NCBI GenBank assembly: GCA_907165135.1
Contig: OU015569.1
Span: 1,674,001-1,738,000 of the forward strand
From: Oikopleura dioica
Lineage: Eukaryota; Animalia; Chordata
Direction: 5' to 3'
Length of the DNA stretch: 64,000 nucleotides
Shown: piece by piece, positions 38,167 to 51,465 of the stretch
Layout of the letters: each line of letters starts with the position of its first letter
Position numbering within the stretch: the stretch's first letter is position 1
Program-made: the position numbers and the translations under genes
The notes under the pieces: generated by a model
What the model was told of the DNA's origin: nothing
Seen by the model: only the letters and a program-made list of their open reading frames with translations
The model's database searches: none

Positions 38167-41067
38167 CTAGTTTGTACCCAGAAGCAAGCACAGGACCAAA
38201 GCGCCGATATACAGTACAATTTGGAAAATGCCCACTGCTCTGCCGACGTGGTACTTGATAATAGGTAAAATCAAAAGCAGGGAGAGAAGAAGAAGCGTAG
38301 TTCCTCCTAAAAGGGCGGCTTCGAGGGCTCGCAGATCCAATTCTATATCTTCCCAGTCGTTGGAAACGATGGAGATGGTACAACCAAGGCCGGTTCCAAC
38401 TTTTTATGCGCTTTGAATAGTGATTTTGGCCAGAGTTGCAAATTTTGATTAATTTTTCTGAGCTGAGCTGGCCTATGTCGGAGGTTACTGAGCTGAGCTG
38501 GCCATTTTCAGCGGTCATTGAGCGGAGCTGAGCTGAGCAGACCTTCTGTTTAAGAGAGTTGAGCTGAGCTGAGCTGAGCGGACCCTAATAAGAGCTGAGT
38601 TGATTGAGCTGAGCTGGGCGGGTTTTTACTATTTTTTGGTAGTAAAATTGTATTCAAATCATTGAGCTGAGCTGAGCTAAGTGATTATTGTCTGAGCTGA
38701 GCTGAGCAGATCAGATCAGATCATCTTCCAAAATCACTGAGCTGAGCTGAGGTGAGCGACTGCTCAGCTCACTCAGCTCAGCAAATTTGCAACTCTGATT
38801 TTGGCAAATAAAGAATTTGCTAATTCAAAACGGTTCCTAAAAGATTGAGAAGGGGAGAGCCAAAGCATGCTGCCACAGCTGTACCAGCTTTGCCGATTCT
38901 AGAGAGACCCAAGTCAGCGACGAGATCGCCAACAGAATTCGCCCATGCTAAAAAAAGGAAACATTATCGCGACTGATCTTGTCAAGAATGTTACCGAGGA
39001 ATGTCAGTCCCATAACGACGTTGTTTATTTTCCAGAAGAATCCTAGAGCAGTGAGCAGTCCGACGACTTCATTGGCGAGAACGAATACCCACAACATTCC
39101 GCCGAGAAAGCCCGGAATCGTGAATAAAAAGTAAGCCGATGATGGCTTCTCCAAGGGCTTTTTGAAGCATGTCAGGAAAACAACTAAACAGTGATGAAGA
39201 CTGCAGCCGATTTAAAAGTGACATACAAGCAGCGAAAAGAACAGAAAGGGCAGCAGGAATGATCGCTCTATTCCAACCACCAGTGCAGACGTCATTGTCA
39301 TCACAGTAGGCTCCGAAGTTTGGCTCACTGAAAATGAATTTGAAGATCAATTTCTCTACTTCCTAGAATCATGAATTTTTCCCTACCCATATTGCTGAAG
39401 AAGGATGTACCAAAGCCAGGGGAAGCTCACGGCTTGCGCGTACGCCAACGGTCGATTCCATGTTTCCTTTTCATCCTCGCCGACGACTGGGACTGTAAGC
39501 TTGCCAAGTAAGAACAGTGGCGCCATTAAAATTGCGAGGGCCTTGCCAATGATGCCGGCTTCTTCCCATTCCTCGGGATCCCATGGAACGAACATTTCCT
39601 AATCATTTCAAAAATCATATTCATTCGAGTCTAGTAACTACACAACCGAAAATTCTCTACTTTCCATATAATAATAGAAAAAGAAAAGAATAAGTACCTT
39701 GATGTACTCTCTTCGAGTTTTGAAGCCAACTTCGCTCGCTTTTTGAACAGAGAGCATACTCGGGCGTGGAGTGTGTCCTGCTCGGCTGAAGTTCAAAATT
39801 AACATCAAAGCAATCGTTCTCCTCCTTGATTTCAATTCTTGAGCGTCACTATGACCCACCTTGAAACGTTTGAGAGCGCTCTCATTCGATTTTTGGCGAT
39901 ACCAAGAGTATTAGTTGCTGTATTAGATCTTGATCTTCCTTCTGGATTCGATCCATCAACTGTCATTGTATTTCTGGCAGAGGCAAATTTTGAAGCAGGA
40001 AGTGAATCGTTATTTTCTGTGGCGACATCTTCGTCAGGATTATCGTAAGTAAACCCTTAGAAATTCTAGCTTTCTTTCTTTTTTTTAGTTGATCTTACCT
40101 TTTGCTTTCGAAAGTCCAAGAATTTTGCCAAAGCGGCCGCCGAGACCGACAAATAGAACGTAGATAACATAGAGGACAAGGAAGCCTATCGAATCAAACA
40201 ATTCAATCTTGCCCTTGAACAAGCATTGAAGAAGCCAGTAAAGCGACCACAAGTAGAAGATGACGTCGCGGAGCAGCGGTCTGGCAGCGGGCGTAAACGG
40301 TCTGATCAAAGTTTGAACATGAAAATTTAAGTAAATATAATTGCTGAAGTCAGGCGAGTTCAAACTTTCGTAGTAATCATACAGGCTCCGGCGACGACGC
40401 TTGTCACAAACAATCCCGCTCCTTTGATGGGCTCTAATCTTTGTTTATCCAAATCTGCTATGCAAATACAGTACTATTCCAGTGAATTCATCAGAATTCC
40501 TTGAAAGTGACAGCGTCAAGGAGACGAAAATCTTTAGTTCCCTGCCTATGAGTGATCCAATGGCGAGCTTGGCGACTTCTCCACCTGCACCGAAACTGGC
40601 AATGGCAGAGAAAATGTCAGGAGCGCCGTTGCCAAAAGCGACCAATGTCACACCAGCTACATTTTCGGAAAGCTTCAACTGGGAGGAGATCTTGGTCAAA
40701 TTGGGTACAAAAAATGCATCTGCCACGAGGCCAAGAGCGATGAAAAGCCACAGACACCACAAAGAGTAGAGAATATTCATTCCTTGAAAACAACGACGAC
40801 TCTTTGAAAATCGAAACTCATTTTCTTACCAATAAAAAACGCATCGTTTTTGATGTTTTCTGAGCATAGAACAACTTCGACGTATTCCACAAAAGTCTCT
40901 TCTAGCTCACAGCTCTCTACAGCTTCGTAGAAGTCGCACCAGTCAGTTCTGTTAAAGTCGTGAAATTCTTCACAAACTTTGCCGTCGAATTGTCCCGTCG
41001 AATTTCTGACTGCCCAGTTAAAACTCTGTGCCAGCTCCAATCCTCCGCTCATCCCAACTGAGCTCAT
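38167..41067 (-). CDS. SLC8B1: Na+/Ca2+ exchanger of the NCLX/NCKX6 (CCX) type
   Basis: Alpha-1 repeat AGVTLVAFGNGAPDIFS and alpha-2 repeat GLTFL|AWANSVGDLVAD...ACFGSPLLNLLVGTGLG. Confidence 0.93.
38431..38797. mobile_element. (GCTGA)n MITE in the last NCLX intron
   Basis: TIRs, 8-bp TSD ATTTTGGC. Confidence 0.93.
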
Positions 41068-41367
41068 CTTCTTCGAGAAAACGAACTTGAAAAGAAAAAA
41101 AACTGTTAATTTGAATTTATCACATTTAAAACTCGCGGATCAGCGGCGCAAGAACGCGTATTTACTATTTACGGAGTCTTATCAAACTTTTCAAACGGCA
41201 TGTGTAAACGGAAAAGTCGAGGTCCGCTTCACTGATTTGTTGATTCTTTGGAAGTAATCCTACTATCGAACTTTGAGAAAACAAAATCTTTCCGCCCGAA
41301 AAAAAAGTCTGTGCCTTAATTCTATAAGAGGCCGGTTCTGAACGGAGTTTCCTTATCTGGTTAAAAT

Positions 41368-41720
41368 CAGAGTTGCAAATTTTGGAAATTTTTTCTGAGC
41401 TGAGCTAGCTGAGCTGAGGTCGAAATTGAGCTGAGCTGAGCTCAGCTGGCCCCTTATAAAAACAACTGAGCTGAGCTGAGCTGGATTTAAAAAAAAAATT
41501 GAGCTGAGCTGAGCTGGGGCATATTTGAAAATTTTTGAGCTGAGCTGAGCTGACGATTTCTCAAACTGAGCTAGCTGAGCTGAGCTGACCATTTTTATGC
41601 TGAGCTAGCTGAGCTGAGCTGGCTCTTTTCGAAGAACCATTGAGCTGAGCTAGCTGAGCTGAGGTCAAATTGAGCTGAGCTGAGCTGTAGCTCAGCTAGT
41701 TCACAAAATTTGCAACTCTG
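41368..41720. mobile_element. (GCTGA)n MITE, GCTAGCTGA subfamily
   Basis: TIRs, 8-bp TSD GTTAAAAT; shares the GAGCTAGCTGAG variant with the copy at 12978. Confidence 0.93.
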
Positions 41721-42243
41721 GTTAAAATGCTAGTTACTTGCTCTTTTACTTGCCAAAGGATTTATTAAAATCCTAATTTACCTCTTTAAAAAATTCTGGT
41801 CAGGAACTACAACTCTTCCATAAATTATCGAAGGAACTATTTCTTCGTCACGCATCTGCAAATTTCGCTATGCGCAAAAAATCTTTATCGACCAAATGTA
41901 AAGTTTTCGAAAGTTTTATTTCCTCGCCTCGCGTATTTGACTTGGTAAAAATCCATTCGTTTAAAAAACGATAATAATTCCAAAATAAGATTATTATTTG
42001 TCCTGTCATCAGATTTGCTCAAAAATGGAGCTCTTATTTTAATTTAGAATCTGAAGCGAGTCATTGAGTGTCCGCGCTGCAACGGGCAATTTGCATTTTT
42101 GCCAACGAGGCTCCTTATTCGACCAAATATCTTTCCAGCGGAGTGTAGACCGTGTTACGAGCAATCTTATTAAACCACCAAACTCATCTGCCAAATTCCA
42201 AGATATTAAAAACTATTACTATTTAACAACTATACAGTATAAA

Positions 42244-42669
42244 CAGAGTTGCAAATTTGCTGAGCTGAGTGAGCTGAGCGGCCGCTCAGCTCAGCTCAGA
42301 TAGTTTTCACTCAGCTCAGCTCACATCAATTATTTTCGACCATGATCTGTTCTGCTCAGCTCAGCTCAACTCAAACATTTATCACTTTGCTCAGCTCAGC
42401 TCAGCTCAATGATTTCGACACAATTTAACTATTAAAAACAAAGTAAAAACAGCTCAGCTCAGCTCAACTAGCTCAGCTCAGCTCTAATTAGGGTCCGCTC
42501 AGCTCAGCTCGACTACCTTAAAAAAGCTCTGCTCAGCTCAGCTCCGCTCAATGACCTCTGAAAAAGGCCAGCTCAGCTCAGCTCAGTTATCTCGGAAATA
42601 CGCCAGCTCAGCTCAGAGAAATTTTTACTCAGGTCAGCTCAGCAAAAATAAACAAAATTTGCAACTCTG
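42244..42669. mobile_element. (GCTGA)n MITE
   Basis: TIRs, 8-bp TSD AGTATAAA. Confidence 0.93.
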
Positions 42670-43816
42670 AGTATAAATCTTTACTGCTTGTTAATTTATT
42701 GAATACACTTTTATTACGTCTAAGTTGAGTTACCAACTGTATACTAAATACTAAGAGTTTATAAAAGAAATTAATGATGTTTATGTATTTTCCTTTATTT
42801 CCAAAAGAAGTAATAGTTTTAACCCGATCGAATGATTCGGGAGCTAAAAATAATTACCTTTTGTGCTTCCCCAAAATATTATCCGCTCTTGGCAGCTTTC
42901 AGAAAAAAAGCTTGCAACTGCAGTAAAAAGTCAATTACAAGCACTTTTCAATTTGAACTGCACGTTTCCCAATGAGAAAGGCAGGGAATTTACAAAATTT
43001 ATTCAGATTCAAGTTGACCCAAAAGTGGCCGAATTTTAAAACCAGTCGTTTGTTGCCCCCAATGCGCATTTGTGAAACGAATGATGTCGCTAAGAATGAC
43101 AGTTTTTAAACAGTTACGGAGTGGTGGAATTATTTTGGCCTCGTCTCGTCGTCAATTGTCGTGCCAAATAATGCCGGACGCTGAGAAACAAATGCTTTGA
43201 GGGATTAACTCTACTTTCTAATTGTCAGGGCTGGCATAGCCTTGAAGTCTTACGGCTATTTTGGAGGCAATAATACTTAGTTACAGTCAACATCGGCTGA
43301 TTTAGAGCACTATTAAGACAAACTTGACCAACTTTTAAAGAAAGTTCGACTGTAATAGACTGTAGATTCTGTTCTACACTGTTCTACAGTCCCTAACCTT
43401 TAACCTAACCTATAATAATCATTTTTTTAATTTCTTAAATAAAAATTTTATAAAAAAATTTATATTTCTTTGGTGATCTTGAGGCTAGTTAACGATTTTC
43501 CCGTAAAAGTGGTTAAGTGCTTAATGACGAAATAATGCGCGCTATCTCAGTACCGTCGTGCGTTTCATACGTTTATCGGGCTGGAGGTTCAAGGGCGTCG
43601 GAATGGAGCGCGCTCATTCGGCCAAGGAAATTCGAGCGCCGCGGGAGATCGAGCTTTATTCTTGCTGCGCGATAAGGACGCCACCTCGGCAAATCGTCCT
43701 GCACCAAAACAGGGCCTTTTGTACCCAGCACATGGGTGAATATCGGTCGTAAGAAGAGCCCACAAATAGAGATTTTAGATAGAGAAATAGAAAACTAGAA
43801 CAAAATCGAGATAAAA

Positions 43817-45622
43817 ATGAAGCTGCTCAAATGGGTTATTTTCGCTGCTTGCGCACTTGCTAGCCAGAAAAAGGAGTGCAGAAGCCAAGCAGGAGGAGCC
43901 GGACCTGAAGTTAAATATGTCACATCAGACGGATATCCAGCCAAGTCGAAAACAGTTGAAGAATGCGTCTGGAAGTAAGGCTTTTTCTTGCAGCGAATTT
44001 GAATTTCGTACTTGACCTACTAGTTAAAATTTCGGCTTTCAGGGGACAATATAAAGGATTAAGCTTTGTGTATATAGATGAAAAATTCGGACATCAATAG
44101 ATAAAAATAAAAAATAATAAAAAAAATATATGACAACAGATAAAAGAAAAAAATATCTGTTGATGTCTATTTTTCTTTGAAATAATACATATCACTACAA
44201 TATAAGGGTAAATAAGGCCAGCTGGAAGTTGGCAACCGCTTCATTTTGATAAAAACAACAAGTTATTGCATCCTTATTTACAAAGCTGTCACGAGCAAAG
44301 TATGCCACTTGAAAATATTACTTGTAAAAGATGTTTCGAAATGTCCAACTAGACAGTACTTCCAAAACTTTATTTTAATGATGTCGTGCTATGTTTCAAT
44401 ATTAAACTCGCTGTCTAACGGGCAGTTTTGGGATAATCTCCTGCCACGAAATGATTCGAAAAACATCCTTTTCGGGAATGAAATTAGTGAAAAAAAGCAG
44501 CTAAGAATTTAAGACATATTTAGGCCTAGTTTATTTTTCTTCAAATAGGACTCAGAATGGGATTTATTAATTTATCATTTTAACCTTATTGAACCTTTTT
44601 CTTTTAAGCCCTTTAGTAATAGGTTACTAATAACAATTCAGTTTACAAGTAAACTACGGCCAATACATCAAAATCATGCCATCTACGATCTCAGTTCCCT
44701 GCTCTGGAGGCGGTGGAGTCGTCTTCAAAGAGCTCCTCAAAGAAGGGAAAAAAGAACGTGAAGTCTCTTCAAAAATGTACTGCGGCGCAAATGCGAAAAT
44801 TCCATCCCTTGTGTCGACCGGAGTCCGTCTCGAAATTTACTTCAAAGCTCCGGTAACTATCCTTTTGCGAGATTGATTTGGAAGAACCCCAAAAATAGAA
44901 ATAATGATAAACAAATGAGTTGGGGAAAAGAACGAGCACTGTATCTTTTGACAACATTTTCTGAGACTTTAAGGCACCCTAAGTGGCAGATTAGGCGCCC
45001 TACGTTCCCCTCAACGCGTAAACGGATTGCCAATTTCACGTTCGTGAAGGTCAAGGCGCACGAATAGACTGCCTGAAATTTTGAATCAAGACACGTCTTT
45101 TAGCCTGGAAGCAAACTGAAGATCGGCTACAAAATGACAGAATCGTCTGGCGGAACTACGGTGGCCCAGGCCGGCGGCGCCAGAGCAGTTGTCGGCGGCT
45201 CAATCAAATACAACCCGCACAATAAATTCACCTCTCGAACAAGTACAAGCTCAAACTATGCACGAGAAGTTCCACTTTTAGGAAAATGTCGAGCCAATTT
45301 TTGTGCAGATTAAGGCTGCCTTAGCTCAATTTTCAGAATATCGTCGTTGATTTAGCCATCTTAAAACGTGGCTTGACATTTTGAACAAGGCTCAAAAACT
45401 CCGCCAAAAGTCGAAAGCAAGGGAAATCCACTGGTGTTCCTTCTCGCCGGAGTGATCGTCTGCGGCGTCGTAGGCTCCCTAATGTACAAGTTCATGTACG
45501 CGAAGGAGGATGACTCCCCCGCGCCGGTGATGGAGAAAAAAGCGGAAACGAAAGAAGTTTCGAATTCCGCTCTTCGCACTTGCTCGGAGGAAACTACTGA
45601 TACAAATCTCTCCTCGAATTAA
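43817..45622 (+). CDS. Type I membrane protein with a single CUB-like domain
   Basis: Signal peptide MKLLKWVIFAACALAS; CUB-like YVTSDGYP...ECVW...PC...MYCG...LEIYFK...LKIGY; TM LVFLLAGVIVCGVVGSLMY; short tail. Confidence 0.75.
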
Positions 45623-45854
45623 GAAAAAAGAAAACATTCAAATCCTTCAACCCGGTTTTTAATAAAATACATGTGTCTAAAAAGCTTCTGTCTTTGTCAA
45701 TTAAAACTCTTGATATCATGAAAGAGAAGTCAAGGATCATGTCATTGACATGTATGTCTTTTATTCCAGTTAGAAGGTTCAGATGATAAGCATTTTTTCA
45801 GTCGAAGAGGCAGTTCAAAATAATGTTCAATGATAAGAGTCTAGGGCCCAGACT

Positions 45855-48800
45855 CTAGGCAGAAGATGTGGCTTCCTTTTCTTCTTCGGATTTGATTTCC
45901 TTCAGCGTTTCGATTTTCGCTATAATTTTTTAGAACTCAGAATATCGTGGAAAAATAACCTGACAGGGTGGATTTCAACTTGTCTACGATTGGCAGTAGT
46001 GGATAAGCCAAATCCTCTGGGTTTTCGCCAGTCAGCTTTTCCATCTTATCGATAAACTTGCCGATGACTCCTTCTTTCTTTTCCAGCTTCGATCCAAAGT
46101 AGAACTCCTTCACGAGCTCTTCAAATGGCTGTCCTGGATTTCTGCGACGGATGTTGTTAAAAATAGTGAAGTTGTGGATGTTCTTTACCTGATCGTTGTG
46201 ATCACATGTTGGCAGAGATATTTTGTGATATCCTGGTTATATTTCCTTGAGCCGTTTACGCCAGCGTCGGTCTTTCTTGTTTTCTCGTAGCCAGGCTCGT
46301 TGAAATAAGGCTCGGCATTCAGTGTCAGCCCTGAGAAGAAATTGTTATACGCAAATATTTCTGATTTCTTTACCTTGAAGCGAGACGAGCAATTGCAAGA
46401 GATTGGAAGTGTATTTCCACTTCTCGCACCCATTACCCGCCCAAGTTCCCAGGAGGGATAGGCAGACCTTCCCGTCATCGTAGAGATTTGGATTGATTCT
46501 GAAAAAATGCATGAGCTTCTAATAAAGAGAAAGAGGAAAACCTTCTATCCAGCGTTGATCTGTAGCGGACTTTCGGCGGGGAGGTGAGCGGGTATCCGTC
46601 TGGAAGGCAAATGTCGAAGCAGAAGAGGCAGTGTTCGTAAGGAGTCCCTGCTGGCCCTTGAAAAGTGCTCTCGAAGAATTGAAATGGAATTTCTGATACC
46701 TTCGATGGCGAATGAAAGTAAATCGAGGCGACTTTCATATGCCCACAAGTGAACACCTTTGGGGATCGACGTTTGAAGTCTGCTGATTTCAGAGTTGTAA
46801 ATCTTCAAAAATGACTTTTTGTTAGGTTATTATTTTTTCCTTCATAACGGTACATCAAATAAAGAGTGGAAATAAGATGAACCTAGCCTTTGAGTGGTCA
46901 TTTTTGGAATTGAAGAAAGCGTGAGTTGGGCTTGGATCCTCGAGAAAATGAACTTTTGACGGACTTATGAACCATTTTTTGTTGAAAAAAGCACTTGCTG
47001 ATAATCCCGTTCCTTGCCCAAGATCGGCAATAGGTACATCATCAATAACAGGCTCTGTTATCTCGGAAATCTTCTCCTCGGTTGTTTTTGATCCGCCTTC
47101 TTCGGACATTCCATAGCCTGCTTCACTTTCCATGGGCCATGAATAGTCTTCTTTTGGGAAGAGTACACTTTCGGGGGTCAGTTGAGTTGGAAAAACGGGG
47201 GATTCCGTTCTACTCAAAGTTATAATTTTTATCTCAGCCGTTTCGGTTATTGTTCTGGAGATCAGTAAGAATTATAACTCTAGTCCTATCGGCCCACATT
47301 ATCTCGAGTTTTCCGCATGACAGGAAGCCCTTTACCATTCCGACGCCCGGGCAGTTGATCTGCGATGAACTGTTGCTTACAACGAGGCTTCCGAGGGGAA
47401 ATTTGAAAACTGGATGAGCGGTCGCGTCGTTGAAAGAGATTGTTTCTCGTTCTTTAGTTGTTTCGTCGATAAACCATTTGACAACGACTTGCTTCTTGGC
47501 GAAATCGACGGAGACAACGCTTCCCCATTCGGCGAGGTTTTCTTGATTTTTACGAACAACGTAATTCCCTATTATTAATCATCAATATGAACTTCGCTGT
47601 AGTTAGACTTGCCTGGAAGGAACTTGCGCCATTGAGAATGATTACTACATGTTGAGAGTCCAGTAGAATCGCAGTCTTCGATTTCGCCCGATTGCCATTG
47701 CACCTTACAAATCGACGTGCAAGTAGCGACCTCGATGCAAATCCAGCTCTCTTCTTCGAACTGGAAATTGGCTGCCCCTTCTAAGCTTGACTTTTCTTCT
47801 AGTAAGAACTCAATATTCTTCTCATCAAAGTGGATGTTCATGCTGCCAAGCGAATATTTCTTCCCGAGTAGCTTTTCAATTTCTTCGAAAACTCGGTTTA
47901 CTTTATTTTTCATCCCCTCTTTGTCCACTTTTTCATTTTTGAAAATAGTCTCGAACAAGCTACTGATCACTTTTGGTTTGGAATCCTCGTGATCCATGCC
48001 GTCTAAGTAAGTCCTCGACTCTCCTTCATATGTGTCCACCATGAAGTTTGGAAAGCGGAGACATATGTAACTTGACTTCTCGTCATCGTTGGCGATCTTC
48101 GTCAGCATTTCCAGAAAATCATCGGAGGAGAGCTTCTTTCCTTTTTTCGAATGGCTCGGTTTCGCAAAATGACGGAACTCCGAAGGGTCGACCTCTTGAC
48201 TTTTCAGCATTCTGTTCAAACTCTGCGCCTCTTCGTTTGTAAGCTTGATTCTAAAGCGATCGTAGAGTAGAACACCCCAAAACTTGGTGGCAGTGTCAGA
48301 ATTCTTGTAGGCAGTATTCTCCTGGTTCCAAGGCGCTTGCAGTTGAGGCAGCTCAGAAGAGTCAACTTTGCTGTTCGGTTTTGGGGACGGCTCATTTTTT
48401 CCGCAGGCGACCCAGTTGACTTCGACCTCGTCGCTCGAAGAAAATGAACCGGTTTCCGCCATGCTTCCTGTCTTACTCTTGTACTTTGTTATTTCGCCGA
48501 TCCAGCCGTTGAGAGCCACCTTCTGCCCATAAAAAGTCGGATCACAGGAAAGAAGTCTGAACAAAATAATAAGAATTGATATTCATTATTAACTTCAAAC
48601 CTTTTTGAAGAGATCTTCTCCAATTCCAAGTTTGTACCTGGGACTCTGACGTCACTTTCGAACTCGATCGCAACGACTGTTCCGATTTCATCACTCTTGC
48701 CTCGTCTGACAACCTCGCCCAACATGAATGGTCGATGGAGAAGCTTTAGCTCTTCGCTTTGTTTATGGACGACCTTTTTCGACGGATAGGTGGAGATTTT

Positions 48801-49196
48801 GAATTTCTCAGCCTTCTTATCACTCAACGACCAGTTCCCAAACGACAAGTCCACATCGTCCGCGAACACACCGCGAATGGTTGTCCCCTCTTCTTAATTA
48901 CGAAAATTAGTAAAGTGTTTTTTCAATTTTAACTCAATTACCGTCGATGAAACTGACAACGTCGTCAGGAAGGAACATTGGGTCTTTCTGCGCCTGAGCG
49001 ATTCCTAAAAAATAAGTTTGCCAACAGAAACATTTTCTGATAATTCTCGATGCATCAAGTCTCACTGATTTCGAATTTCTCACCTCCATGGGACCAATGG
49101 TCGGCCGAGGCATCGACAGAATCAATAGACTCCGAGGTAGACCCTTTGTTCTCCGTTAACGATTCATCCATGTACAGGTTCTCTGAAAAACTCATC
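45855..49196 (-). CDS. UBE2O: UBE2O-like enzyme, copy 2 (inverted paralog, apparently intact)
   Basis: Same exon structure as copy 1; [18 protein letters not shown] and NEPGYE. Start approximate. Confidence 0.9.
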
Positions 49197-49635
49197 TCTT
49201 TCTTGTTTTTTTGGCGGTTACCCGTTCTTCTTGATGTTTTTATCAAAACTAAAAATTGGAAGTCAAATTATGGTTTCTTGACTGAAACAAGATGAAGCTG
49301 AATTGGCGTGCAATCCAGAAACGAAAAAAAAGAAAATAATCTTTCACAGTTTCTCTCTTTTCTAGACATTCGGATGGCCTCGGATGGGGCGGCTATTTTC
49401 TGTTGGCTCCTAAAAATCTGCGAATCGAAGAAGATAGGTCGGTAAAAATGATGACTTATCAACCCGTGATACATTTTTCTATGATTTCTTCGGGCTGGTG
49501 CACTGATACGAATGTCTATCAAAATCAGTTGAAGTCAGCAATTCGCAATAAAACGAATTCACACGCCTCCTTCGTCGGTCAGATGTCTTAGATGTTCTGT
49601 TGCTTGATCTTGCTTGAAGAAGGTCAAATCTTGGT

Positions 49636-49767
49636 CAGTGGTCGGTTTTGTCGGGTTCGCAAGTTCTGACCGAAAGCCCGATCGACCCGACCACAGATCA
49701 GGCCAATTTTCAAGGCGACGCTTCTTCCGACCAACCCCGACCTGGAAAAAGGTCGGTGCCGACCCTA
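49636..49767. mobile_element. Degenerate MITE-like element with CCGAC/GGTCGG arrays
   Basis: Imperfect ends CAGTGGTCGG / CCGACCCTA. No TSD seen. Confidence 0.45.
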
Positions 49768-50030
49768 GTCCGCTACAGAAAAAGCCATTCTTCTAGTGCC
49801 AAAGTTTCAAACTGAAAAATACAGTAGTGCAAGAGGATCGGCACATTTTCTTTCTGCCTAGCTAGTTGTAGCCCTCTAATAGCTCCCCCTATTTCAATCT
49901 TACGGTTCTATTCTCGCGTCGCTTTCGAACCAAACAGGATTTCCGACCCTGGCTAGTGAGTCGTCAATCTTAGAAACGGGTTCGTCTTGCCAAAAATATT
50001 ACAAAAAATCTCGAGAAAACAGAAAACAAG

Positions 50031-50570
50031 ATGGTGGATTCTTTCGAGCCCGCTGAATTAGAACAGCTCTCGCAAAAGATGGAGCATCTGTACTCTCGAG
50101 AAAAAGACGAAGGAGATGCATTCGCGGACGGTATTTTCTACTGAGATTTTTCTCGGACAAGGTTAATCATTCAGGTAATCGAGCTCGATCAAAGTTGTCG
50201 AAGAAACGGCAGTTTGAAGAGTCTGACGAAGAAGAAATTATGAGCCAAGCGAAGAAGGCGCATCTAACAGTCTCGTTGAAAGAAGCTTTGTCTCGAACGG
50301 CGGTGGCTCGTGAGAAGACAGAATTCACTGTAAAAGACTGCCAAGATCTTGATCAATTGGTAAGAACTTCTCTTCAACAGAAAAATTATCGCTAAATAAA
50401 TTTAAGAAAGCACGATACGAAGAAATGCAAGACGAACTCAACAACCTCCAGCGCAAATACACGGAGCTGGAGAACAAGGTGGACAATTTCGGCCATAAAC
50501 TCGACCGATTCAGGTTCTTGTTCAGAAAACCATCTTCCAATTTTCGTTTTATTTTAGGGAGCAAAAATGA
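50031..50570 (+). CDS. Small coiled-coil protein of unknown function
   Basis: Four exons joined by canonical GT-AG introns: MVDSFEPAELEQLSQK...ARYEEMQDELNNLQRKYTELENK... Confidence 0.7.
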
Positions 50571-51465
50571 AGAGTCTCGAAAATGTCGATTGAGAATAAT
50601 TAGCACTCCTGCTTGAATTCCATTTTGAACGAATAAAGCTTTAACAAGAACTGATTGCAACTGAATTGTAATAACTTTAGGAATCAAAGAGGCAGATTTG
50701 AAACATTGGCAAATTCGAAAAAATCTCTAGATGAAATGCAGCTTGTTTTCATTTTCATTACACAGTGGCAGAGCGCTAAGAGAGGCACGCTGTACAAAGG
50801 ATTCTTGTAGACTTCCTCTGAAGTGTTAGTAGAAGGGAAATGTTCTAGAACTCCTCATGATTTTATTTTGCAGCGGGGATTTTTCAGTCAGTTGAGTTCT
50901 AAGATGAAAAATGACTTTTTTGGTCATTTTTCTTGGCGACCGAGTCGATAAAGTTGCATAAGGGGGTTTTTAGATAGGTCAGAAATCTTCGCCAAGGACT
51001 TGTGTTCAGAGAGCCCGCTCTAGTGACTACGAGACAGCTCGGAAATTGGTTCGATTCAAAGTCGAACGAACCAATTTGGTAAGATGCCCGATTGGAGGAT
51101 ATTTTCCTCGACACAAGGTTCTCTAGAAGGTGGAATATTATCATTATTGGCTGAATAGTTGGGTGAGTCTTCAAATCGACTTTTTATGAGAAAGGAACGA
51201 AGAAAAATGACGCTGCCTTCTATTGTCGACTTCGGTCTCTAGAACTGTTATTTCCCTCCCGCATTCTTTGCCTTTCTCCGCAGTTTAAAATAACTTTTGA
51301 GAGTCTAACAGTGCTTGCTTTAGATTGCGCCCGACTGTTTCCTTGACTGTCATGAATCGCGACATACAAAACCTGTGCACTGGCGCTTCTGGCCTTCAAC
51401 GATTGAAGATCTCCGGCAACTACTCCAAATCTCTCCATGGCTCGCAGGATTGTATTCGATAGATA

